A stretch of 42,731 nt of DNA from Bifidobacteriaceae bacterium (GTDB taxonomy: Bacteria > Actinomycetota > Actinomycetes > Actinomycetales > WQXJ01), in contig JAISBQ010000088.1 in the NCBI GenBank assembly GCA_031266115.1, forward strand, positions 1-42,731, written 5' to 3'. Positions 1 through 9,500 of this stretch are shown piece after piece. A program made the translations under genes and the position numbers. Under the pieces are notes generated by a model. It searched no databases. It was not told the DNA's origin and was given only the letters and a program-made list of their open reading frames with translations. How positions within the stretch are numbered: the stretch's first letter is position 1; each line of letters begins with the position of its first letter.

Positions 1-172
1 AATTGACACCCCGCATCCTGGTCCAAGGCCCTCACCTGCACCTCCACGCCACGCCCACCACACCCAACCCCGACCACACGAAACCCAAACCGCCCCCACA
101 CCCCAGATTCCGAAGAGCCCCTATAGCGGCGTCACCAACCCTCCGCTCCGTCGCCCTCGGAATCACTCTCAC

Positions 173-1093
173 CTATTCCGCGGCGGCGCGCTGAGCGTAG
201 AAGTCCGCACTCGCTTCACCGAGAATGTCTGTGAGTTCGCGATAGCTCGATTCCGAACCCGCCGCCGCGTCTGACACCCCGGGGACTTCTACCTGGATCG
301 ACGGGTGAAGGTCACCCTTGCCAGTGATCACGTAGTCAGGATCCTCTTGCATCTCGGCGATCTTCTCATCAAAGTTTGGGCATTCCGCCAACAAGGATCG
401 CAGATCCTCGGCCGTCATTGTCAGTGGGATCGTTGCCGATGGTGATGTTAGCCAGTTGTCAGCAACCCCCGGCTCCACATCTGCCCACTCCGGGTATCCA
501 TTCTCCCGAGCGCACGCGATCCAGTCGTTTGTGGCATCCGCCAACATTCGCTTTCCCGTGAGTTCATCTGTCAGATCCGGCTCCGTGAGCGGGTCAACAT
601 AGTCGGACGACTCGGCGCACGCTTGATAGTCAGCCGAATAGTCGACTCCGTCGACCACAAGTCCGTACGACCAACCTGCGTCCGTTTGGTGACTCGCAAG
701 GAAGGTCGCGTATTCGTCGGACGCTGCGACTTCTTCCGCATCTGCCCCAGGACCCGCAATCAACGCTGCCGGACCCAGCGGCCCACTCGAGAACACTTGG
801 TGTGTGCCCTCCTCCCATCCCACGAGCTTCCCACCTTCCACCGTCGATACGGTCGCGGGCAGTTCCGCTGCCATAAGGCACTCGTAGAAAGACTCAGCAC
901 TCTCGCCTTGCGAACCTTCGGAAGAGCCAGTCTCCTTCTCAATCGAGGCGACATCTTCGCCACCGGCACAACCGCCCACGATCAACATCGCTACCAGAAC
1001 ACCGCCGACTGCGGTCAATCGAGGGCGTGTCCGCGGTACGGTCAGTGACGCGTCGAGCAATCGAAGGAGCCTCTGCCTTCTAGACATATTCAT
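173..1093 (-). CDS. Secreted lipoprotein of unknown function (acidic, four-Cys); paralog of 1156-1612 and distantly of 18767-19759
   Basis: 306-aa ORF with GGAAGGAG 7 nt upstream of the ATG at 1093. It has a basic N-terminus, a hydrophobic span and a lipobox-like IVGGC. The mature part is acidic with two Cys pairs (YECLMAAE...QACAE and WIACARENG...AECPN). No family recognised by eye. Confidence 0.75.
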   Translation of the reverse strand: MNMSRRQRLLRLLDASLTVPRTRPRLTAVGGVLVAMLIVGGCAGGEDVASIEKETGSSEGSQGESAESFYECLMAAELPATVSTVEGGKLVGWEEGTHQVFSSGPLGPAALIAGPGADAEEVAASDEYATFLASHQTDAGWSYGLVVDGVDYSADYQACAESSDYVDPLTEPDLTDELTGKRMLADATNDWIACARENGYPEWADVEPGVADNWLTSPSATIPLTMTAEDLRSLLAECPNFDEKIAEMQEDPDYVITGKGDLHPSIQVEVPGVSDAAAGSESSYRELTDILGEASADFYAQRAAAE

Positions 1094-1155
1094 ATCTCAA
1101 CTCCTTCCGGATCGCGCACCAGACGCGAGAACCATCACACGAGCTAGCTCTGCCT

Positions 1156-1612
1156 TCAATCGACGAACATCCCTCCTGGGTACAGGACCAAGTGATCATC
1201 GAGGCAGATCATCCCGTCGCCCAAAGCCTGCTCATCGCCTTCCGTCTGCCTCACGATCGATTTCACGATCTCTTCCTTCGTGTGTGTGGACGTGACACCC
1301 ATCACACCCGCGTCCTCCAAACACGCGACGAACTCGTCGAACACCAGGTCACGCGCACGGCCCTCGGGGATGCTCTGATGGAACCACACCCGCTCGGTGT
1401 CCTCCAGGTGCTCCGCGTAGCACCGGTCGTACGCTTCGGACGCTGTCTCCCCAGACCCAGACTCATTCGAACCCTCATAGGCGAACGTCATGAGCGTTTC
1501 ACCGAGAGAACGACTCCGTTCCCCGCATGTCCGCAGACCGAACACTCGCACACCCGGTCAGACAAGCAACCAGCGTCAGTGCCGAGAGACGAGTCACAGT
1601 AGTATTCTTCAC
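1156..1612 (-). pseudogene. Frameshifted lipoprotein gene, tandem paralog of 173-1093
   Basis: GTG at 1612, preceded by GGGAG with a 5-nt spacer, opens a textbook lipoprotein signal VKNTTVTRLSALTLVACLTGCAS, but that frame stops at 1499. The rest of the protein (EGSNESGSGETASEAYDRCYAEHLED...FVACLEDAGV...MICLDD) is the track ORF 1156-1551 in another frame, and that ORF has no signal peptide of its own. The two frames overlap at 1499-1551, so a single indel there splits the gene. Confidence 0.6.
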
Positions 1613-2286
1613 GTACGCTCCCACAGGAGATTGGCGGGACTCTGCTGATTCCAGAGACAAGTCAACGGTGATATTCCCATTGGGGAGCCTAGGGCGTCGA
1701 CTCCGATAGTTGATTTGTCCTGATTTCCATCGGGTACGGCCACACGATGTGGCGCGACCCGAGTGAGATTGTGGCAGATCGGCGAGCTGAACGTCAAATC
1801 GGCATGCACGAGCGTTGCTGGGGTTGTGGCTTATCGGCGACGCCCCGCGCGTATTCTCTTGTTTGACCTGGTGTTTCGGTTGAGGAACCGCTGAAAGCGG
1901 TGTGCCCCCACACTGACCGCAACGGCCTGAAGGTCACGGTCATGTGAGCAACCTCGCCCGGGCGCGAGCCCGGCTTCTCGGTGGCGTGCTGGCCCACCCC
2001 GGAGGAGCGCCGGAGCATCCACCTCAGACCGCGGGCCCGTGCTCGCCAAAGCGTCGCCCCAGCACCTCTCTACTCGTCAAGGATCCGCTCGGACCGGCCG
2101 ACGTGAGCCGAGTGGCGGTCCGCGGTCCAACCCAGCAAGCGGACACGCGCTCTTGTCCGCCCCACCCACGATCCCGGCGTCGGCAAGCCCGACCAGCGCG
2201 CGATGCGCTACTGGGGGCGTCACGTCAACTGCGGGCTCGCTGACGTGGCAGTCAGCACAGGAACGGAGGCGAGCGTGCCGAGCGTG

Positions 2287-2633
2287 CTACGTTGCCCTTG
2301 CGACGAGTCCGATCTGGGATCGGGGGCCCGCCTGCGCGCGCTGGAAGCCTGGCATCTGCGCAACCTGGGGCCGAGGGACGGGCGACTCGTAGCGGCTCTT
2401 GCAGGCGTATATCTCCAGAGTTTCGCCGGTGAACTGGAAGACCAGCCGGTTGGCTTCGTCGATGCGGACGCTCCACGACCCGGACAGATCGCCGCGCAGG
2501 CACCCCGGGTCGCCCGTCGTCTGGTAGCCGTTGCGGTCAATGTCGCGGATCAGCCGGTTGACGCGCCTCAACGTCCTGCGGTCTGCCACCACAGGTAGTC
2601 GTCCCAGGCGGTGTCGCGCCACGACTTCAGCAT
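2287..2633 (-). pseudogene. yoeB: YoeB/Txe-family toxin, frameshifted near its 5' end and with an extended 3' end
   Basis: Track ORF 2287-2622 reads DRRTLRRVNRLIRDIDRNGYQTTGDPGCLRGDLSGSWSVRIDEANRLVFQFTGETLEIYACKSRYE. This is colinear with E. coli YoeB as I recall it (KRIVKKINELIKDTRRTPFEGKGKPEPLKHNLSGFWSRRITEEHRLVY...IAACRYHY). The expected N-terminus MLKSWRDTAWDDYLWWQ exists but lies in a different frame, starting at ATG 2633-2631 and stopping at 2568. The frames switch around 2583-2588. The ORF also runs about 32 codons past the usual RYHY-type end. Confidence 0.6.
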
Positions 2634-2881
2634 CAGATGTCGATCAACTCGTTGACAGCCATGCTGCGCCCGGCCTCAGCGTTGGCGCGGACTTGACGCA
2701 GATGACCCATGTTGCGTGCCGGCCCGTCGCGGCCCGGATCGGCGCGACAAGGATCGCGTTCGGACGGGTCGCTGAACTGCCGCGCCCTGCGTGCCGGGTG
2801 CTGCAGTTGCTTCTGTTCGGCGCGCTCGGCTTCGATACGTTGGGCGGCGCCGGTGAGGTTGCACAGTTGTACTGTCCACAT
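2633..2881 (-). CDS. Putative Phd/YefM-like antitoxin, possibly degenerate
   Basis: 82-aa ORF whose TGA overlaps the toxin ATG by 1 nt (TGATG at 2631-2635). The C-terminal HLRQVRANAEAGRSMAVNEL resembles the LLRSPANARRLM segment of YefM-type antitoxins. The N-terminal half is not recognisable. Confidence 0.4.
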   Translation of the reverse strand: MWTVQLCNLTGAAQRIEAERAEQKQLQHPARRARQFSDPSERDPCRADPGRDGPARNMGHLRQVRANAEAGRSMAVNELIDI

Positions 2882-2907
2882 TGCTCAACGAACGGTGGTC
2901 TTCGTCC

Positions 2908-3261
2908 ATGAGCACACCAGTCTTGACCTTCGGCCCGGAGGTCTTGCGCCAGTCCGGAGAGCCGTCTGCGTGGGAGGAGGCGCTGATCGCGTTCACGCGT
3001 CGGGCGGGCCAGTCCGGGCAGACCGTCGTGGTAAGCACCGAGGCCAACTTGCTCAGCCCCGAAGAGGCGGCGCAGCGGCTCATGGTGTCGCGCTCCACGA
3101 TCTCGCGGCGCATCGCGGACGGGGAGATTCAGGCGGTCAAAGTCGGCAATCGGCACCGCATCCCCTACTCCGAGGTTCGACGCGTGTGGCACGAGTCGAT
3201 GGACGCCATGGCCAAGGTCGTGGCCCCGGACATCGAGGCGGAACTGTTTGGGGATGAGTGA
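2908..3261 (+). CDS. Helix-turn-helix (excisionase/MerR-type) DNA-binding protein, likely antitoxin of the downstream PIN gene
   Basis: Start taken at ATG 2908; the track ORF begins at an upstream TTG at 2881. LLSPEEAAQRLMVSRSTISRRIADGEIQAVKVGNRHRIPYSEV is a typical excisionase-family HTH. Its TGA (3259-3261) overlaps the ATG (3254) of the PIN-like ORF. Confidence 0.65.
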   Translation: MSTPVLTFGPEVLRQSGEPSAWEEALIAFTRRAGQSGQTVVVSTEANLLSPEEAAQRLMVSRSTISRRIADGEIQAVKVGNRHRIPYSEVRRVWHESMDAMAKVVAPDIEAELFGDE

Positions 3262-3550
3262 GGGTTCCGCGCCACTGGTGTTCCTCGACGCGAACATCCT
3301 GGCCAAGCCGGTCACGCGCACGGAAGTTGATCTACGCGAGCAATGCCAGCGGCTACCGTGTGGCGTGGAGCCGGCACGTCGAGGACGAGGCGGACCGCAA
3401 CCTCCGGCCTCACCAGGCGCCGACCAGGGTCGCGCGTGAGGCCGCCCGGCTCGGTCTGACGGAGCAGGGCGTCGACGCCGAGCGGCACACGGCCATCGAC
3501 GCCTCGGTCGCGTGCACGTTCGCCACGACATCACACACACGGGTGTCGAC
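3254..3550 (+). pseudogene. PIN-domain toxin remnant, frameshifted and 3'-truncated
   Basis: ATG 3254 gives MSEGSAPLVFLDANILAKPVTRT, a PIN-type start with the first acidic residue in FLDAN. The sequence KLIYASNASGYRVAWSRHVEDEADRNL continues in the next frame, consistent with one extra base near 3323-3325. No in-frame stop occurs before the convergent giant gene ends at 3551, and the distal PIN acidic motifs are not seen. Confidence 0.5.
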
Positions 3551-6500
3551 CTACCCGGCCACCGCGCGCACTGGGATGGAGACCGCCTTGCCGCGGGCCT
3601 TGATACGGATGGTCGCTTTGCCTGCCTTCTTCGCGGTCAAGCGACCAGCCTTATCGACGGCGATGACGGAGGGCTTGGACGAGGTGAAGGTCACCGTGAG
3701 GTTGGTGGCCTTGGCCGGACGCGGCGTCACCGTGATCCGCGCGGCCCTGCCCACCCGCATGGTTGTGCCCGTCTTCGCCTTCAGCGATGTCAAGCCGCGC
3801 GCCTCGGACACCACGGTGACACGCAGCTTCAGCGAGACTCCACTCGCCGCCTTGGCTCTCACCGTCGTTGTCCCGGTCGCCTTCGCTGTGATACGCCCGG
3901 TCGAATCGACCGTTGCCACCGACGGCTTAGAAGATGACCACGTCAACGCGGCCTTCGCCACACCCGTCCCCGTTCCCGATATGGCAATAGGCGGACGCAC
4001 ACTCGTCCCCTTGGCCACATACAGGGTCTTGAGTGGACTCGCCAGGCGCGTGACCTTCGCCGCCACCGGGGCATCGACGCCATCGCGCGGCCCAGCCGCC
4101 GCAGCGCACACCTCGAACCGCAGCCCAAGGCTCGCCGAAACCCCCTCGCCCCGCACCTCCATGGTCGCCGTGTGCACACTCGGACCGGCCAGACCCGGCA
4201 CCGGCGCCACCTGGAGCGTGACCCTCCCGCCGGCCGGCACGTCGGCGATCGACACCGGTGTCGCGGCGAAGCTGGCGGGATTGGCCCCCGTCATCTGGAC
4301 CGTCAGCGGCCCCGTCGCCAGGTGCCCCGTGTTGATCAGGGTCACGGTCCCCCCGCCTATCTGCCGGTAGCCAGCCTCGGCCCGCCCAAAGTCGTGGTCC
4401 TCGCCGGGTGTCAACACGATCCCCCGCGCCGGCTGCGCTATCCAGCCCACGTGGAACCGCGTCACGTTCCCCGCGCGATCACCCACTTCCACCTCAAGCG
4501 GCCCACGGACATCGGCCGGCACGAGGCCCCGATACAGCCCGCTAGCACCATCGACGAGCGTCAACGGCTGGCGCACCCATCCTTCGGCCACGAGGTTCAC
4601 GAACGCCAACCCACTCAGCGGGTCCGCGAACCGGCCGCTCACCTCGAGTTGCCGTCCATCGGCGACGATGACGCTGCCAACCTCCCTCAATGCCGTCCCG
4701 TCCGCACTGCGCACCGTGGGGCTCTCGAGCGCTGTCGGCCCCTCGCGGTCGATCCGCAGGTCGAGCGTCTGCTCACCCAGGGTCTGCTCCGCCTCATCGG
4801 ATACCCACGCCCGCACCTGATGCCGACCATCGCCCACCGACACGATGGTCACGGGCCATCCGTCGAACCCGTCGACCCGGACCGGCGGTCCATCGTCCAG
4901 CCGGTAGAACAGATCGCGCGCCGACCAGTCCCCCCGCGGACCGGCCACCCACGCCATCACGGCCACGGGATCGCCGCCGGAACCGCTCCCACCTATCCAT
5001 TCGCCATCGGGCTCCGGATCGGACCGCAGACGCAGGTCAACAAGTCCATCGTCACGCCGGTTATCAACGGCGACCGCGTACGTGGCCACCCCGCGTGGAT
5101 CCCCCGCCGCCGTCACCCGCACCTGAATCCGGGTTTGACGGCTCGCGCCATCGGCGGAGGCCCGGCCGATCGGCACCACAGCGGTAGCCGACCCCTCGCC
5201 GCTCCCCAACACCGCTCCATCCCCGAGAATCTCGACGATGGCGGCCGGGTTGTTCGCGCGCGCCGTCACGCTGGTGGTCGCCAAGTTCACGGTCGCGTAG
5301 CTGTACTGCGTCTGCCCGCCGGCCAGGATCTCCGGGGCGATCCCGGTCATCGCAAGCGAGGCGAGACCATAGGGCACCTCGGCCACATCGGCGATGTACT
5401 GCGTCTCGATCTCCGAGCCCTGCCCGGAGAACCGAACCTCACCCTCGACCGTCTGCTCGGGGCCAAGGTCCAGGGTTCCCACCGAGCCGGACAACCATCG
5501 GGATTCGACCACCTGTCCGGCATCGTCCACCAGGCTCACCATCAGGCTCCCGCCAGTCCGTGGGGCGAGTGACAGGTTACGGACCTCCACCTGGGCCACC
5601 GTCTGGGAACCGTCAGCCGCCATCTGGGTGTCCACAGCGACCCCGCTGTCCGTGCCGGACGCCGCGAGCGACGCGAATGTGACCCGCGTGAGGTTGTTGG
5701 CATCTCCGGTCTCGCGGATCGCCTTGCCGTCCTCCTCGATCCACGCCTTGACGTACAGCTCAATGCCGTCCTCAGGAATCTCGGCCCCGCCACCGTGGGC
5801 ATCCAGCCATTCGGCGACATCGAGAGGCTCGGCGAGCGTGGTGACATACGCCCCAGCGTCGATGGCGGCCAAGGTTGCGTCATCCGACACCGAGATCGTG
5901 GGCAGGGCAGGGGAATCCACGCCGGCGTCGGCAAAGAAACCCACCTTGACGGTGCGCCCGCTACCCGCCAACGGGTAGGCCGAGGCGTTGTACAGCGGCA
6001 CTGCGATATCGCGCTCGCCGTCCGCCTCCTTGATCACGGCGATATCGCCAATCCCCACGTCGTTGAACGTCAGGTACAGGTCGCCGTCAACGGCGTGGCT
6101 GGTGCCGTCCGCGAAATCGGCCACCACCCGGTAGCCGGGGCTGACGATGGTCTCGCCCACGGGATAGAAGACGTTGACCGCTGTGGACGCGCCGGGGGCG
6201 AGCCCGAAATCGTCGAGCGTCCGCGCCACCACACCCTGCGACGCTCCGGGATCGATGAACTCGACCCGCAAGGTCGTGATGGTGCTGGCGCCAGTGTTGT
6301 GGACGGTCAGCCCTACCGGCAGGTCGGCGTTCACCGCTAGATCTTGGTAACTGGGCAGCACCGAATCGACCTCGAACTCGCTTGTGAACGTGCCCGTGGC
6401 CGCGTAGATGCCGGCCACGGTGACGGGGAAGGACGCCGAGGGCTCCCCATCGGTCCCGGGCACGGTCTCGACCTGACCGGTCGCCTTGGAGCCCACAAAC

Positions 6501-9500
6501 AGGAACCCGAGGCTCCCGGCGTCTGCTCCCCACGCGGTGTGGGCGTCGACGCTGACCCCGTCGGCAGCTGTCGCGAGGACCGTCGGGGCCGACGCCATCA
6601 CCTGGCCGCCCTCCCGGCCCAACCGGACTCCCACCAGCGAACCGGTGGCGGCGAGCGGTCCAGTCCCGGCCGGATCGTCGGGGACCTCGGCGCTGGGCCA
6701 CACGATCGCCAGGTCCTCGACACGCCCACCGGTTCCTTCGACCAGGTGGAAGTCCATCGCCGGCGCCTGGCCATCCGCGGTCGCGGCAAGTGATTCGGGC
6801 AGGTCCGGACGCAGCGCACCCGTCGAATCGAATGCCGTCAAGCGAATGTCCGAGGTGACCTCACTCGTGTCGAGATCGCGATCTTCGTGATGCCACCCGA
6901 GAACAAACAGGTCCTCGCCACCTGATGTCGCCGTCGCGAGGCGCGGATTGGTGTCCGGCTGATCGTCGCTGGTGACCTGGATCGCTTGCACCACGCGGTT
7001 GAGACCCTGACCGGCCTGATCTGCGGTCAGTGCCGCCGCCGGATCGGTATCGACGATGGCGTACCGCACCTGTGTGCTCCCATCCGGCGATGTCGTGGTG
7101 TAGGCGACCGCCGCGGTGCCATCCGCGCCGATTTCCGCGTCGAGTCCCACCACGGGTCCATCCGACCCGGAATAGAGAACCTCCGTGGCTGGTGACCAGC
7201 CGCGGGCGGCGTCCCACGTCCGGTAGGCGATGGTTCCGTACGACCCGACCGTGGCTGCATCGGATCCCTGGGCGAGACCGGTCCGCCACGCCACGATGGC
7301 GCGACTCCCAGTCGTGGCCACCGCGGGCCCGACATCGGGGGCCGAATTGGCGGTCAACTGCTGGGTCCGCCACTGGCCGTCCTGACGCACCGAAGCGAAG
7401 ACCTCCGTGCTTTGGGCCATCGCGGCCACATCGCTCGGGGCCGTCTCGCCGGCGTAGTCCGCCGCACCACCGGTGGCGACACGCACCCATGCGGCCATGC
7501 CCGTTCCCAAGTCGCCGTCGAAGGCAAGCTGGGCGTCGCCGTACCCCCCGGCCGCGATCATGCCGTGATCGACATAGCCGGTCGCGGTCGATTCGGCCCA
7601 GGCGGCGCGCGTGCGGGTCGCATCGGTGGAGCCGAGGTCCGACAGGTAGACAAACCCGCCGCCATCGTCCGCCGCCACGGGCGCGGAATAGGGGTTGGCG
7701 TTCGTCTGAACGGCGGTGGGGGTCTCAGCAGCCACTGCGGAGACCATCTGCACTACGCGTGACGCGCGCGCAAGACTGGCCTGCGTGGGCCACGTGCGGG
7801 GTGCCAGGTCGAGGTAGTCGCGATTCTCAACCTCCCAGACACTACGCCCCATGGATGACGCGAGAGCGAATTGGCTCGCATAGGCCTGCGCCGCCGCCTG
7901 GGCCTCGGCGACGCTGCCGTCGACGTTACGCCCCGTTGTCGCTAACCAGTATTCGCTGATAAGGTCCCAATGGTTCCACCGCCACAGGTCCGAGGCGAAT
8001 TCCACTGAAAGGAGTGTTGCCGAGGCGCTGAAGATCAGGAACTTGACCTCGGCCTTGATCCCAAGCTCACCGTTCAATCGCAAAGAGTTTCCGTACCGCG
8101 TCCGGTCCGCGGAAGATGCCAAGGACGGGCGCATCAGCCAGGAATTGTTGTACTCGATGCCGATCCGGCCAAAGATCCCGATCTTTGCGCCCACAACACC
8201 CAAGTCGAACCCGAGACCGGCGAAGGCATCGATATACGCCGCCACCCGAAGACCCACGATGTGGTCGGTCACCGAGGAACGGGAGGGATCCGCCCATGCC
8301 CACGTCACCCCGTCCACGGTCGCCTGTTCGACAAGCCGGTGCGCCCCCCAATTGACAGCCAGCGACCCGCCGATCTCCAAGCTGACGGTGAGCGGAACCG
8401 GCCCGACTGTGAAGTTGTTGGTCCAGTTGTAGCTCATCGATCCGCCGGCCTCGAACCCGCCTCCCACGACTTCGAATCGCCATGCCGCCCTGGACACATC
8501 GTAAACGATCAGCCCTTCGAAATATCCGGACATTCCGAAGGAATAGTCGAGACCGCTCGTGCCACCATCCCGGATCGCCTCATCCAAGTCGCCATCGGGA
8601 TCATAATTGCCGCGGGCCATATCGATCTGATCCTTTTGGCTCGGCAGGAAGGAAAGGTCGACGGATTCTTCGGGGTCGTAGAAGATCGAGTGCGGACCCA
8701 CCTGCCAGCCAGGTTCGAGATTCGCGTGCTCAATCTCGCTGCCCAAGGACGTGGTGACCAACGTATTGAATTGGAACGGATCGTCTGTGGGACTGATCAG
8801 GACGTTGAGATTCTCGTTGCCGATCTCGATGTTCGACAAGAAATCCAATCCGTACTGAACGATCTTGTTGACACCGGAGGGCTGCGGCTTGGCAACGGAG
8901 CCGGCGACCATGGAGTCGGTGACCTCGGCCACGGCGTCCGTCGGATCGAGCACAAGCCCCACGGAATTGGCGACCGAGACCTCGGAGGTGAAAGACGCCA
9001 TCGTCCGCCCGTCGGGGTGGCCGAGCTTCACGGTCAATGAGCGCCGTTCGCCGGTCGGCATCCACAGCGTCGATTCGTTGATCACCAGGTCGGTCTCAAC
9101 CACCACAAAGGTCGAGAACGGGTGCTGGATGGCACGGGAGGTCTGGCTGGTTGGCCGCGTGCCGGTCTCATCCACCACCCACCCGCGCAGCGACGCACCG
9201 GGGGCGGGCAGGCCCGCGGTGTACATCGTGGAGCGGAGAGTCACTTCGCGCTGGCGATCCGAGACGCCGATGCTGCGAGCGCCCGTGGTCGAGAGCACCG
9301 TGCCACCCTCACCGAGCACCCACTGCCTCGCCAGCACGCCGAAGGTCCCCGCCCTCGCCTCGGCGAGTTGGACGGCCGCGGTAGTTTCGGGAACCCTGGC
9401 GGCCTGCCCCACGGCCTCGTCGACGGTGACGGTCTCGGGGCGGTACCGGTTGCCCGGCACCCGGATTTCGAAGGCATAGGACAGCACCGTGCCGGCCTCA

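Noticed and set aside
1464-1476. tRNA T-loop-like string (minus strand GGGTTCGAATG)
   Set aside because: It lies inside the lipoprotein pseudogene coding frame (EGSNES), and no acceptor or anticodon arms can be drawn around it.
2644-3540. 298-aa minus-strand ORF spanning the whole TA islet
   Set aside because: It overlaps the recognisable HTH/PIN and antitoxin frames. Its product is extremely Arg/Pro-rich with no motif, so it is most likely not a gene.
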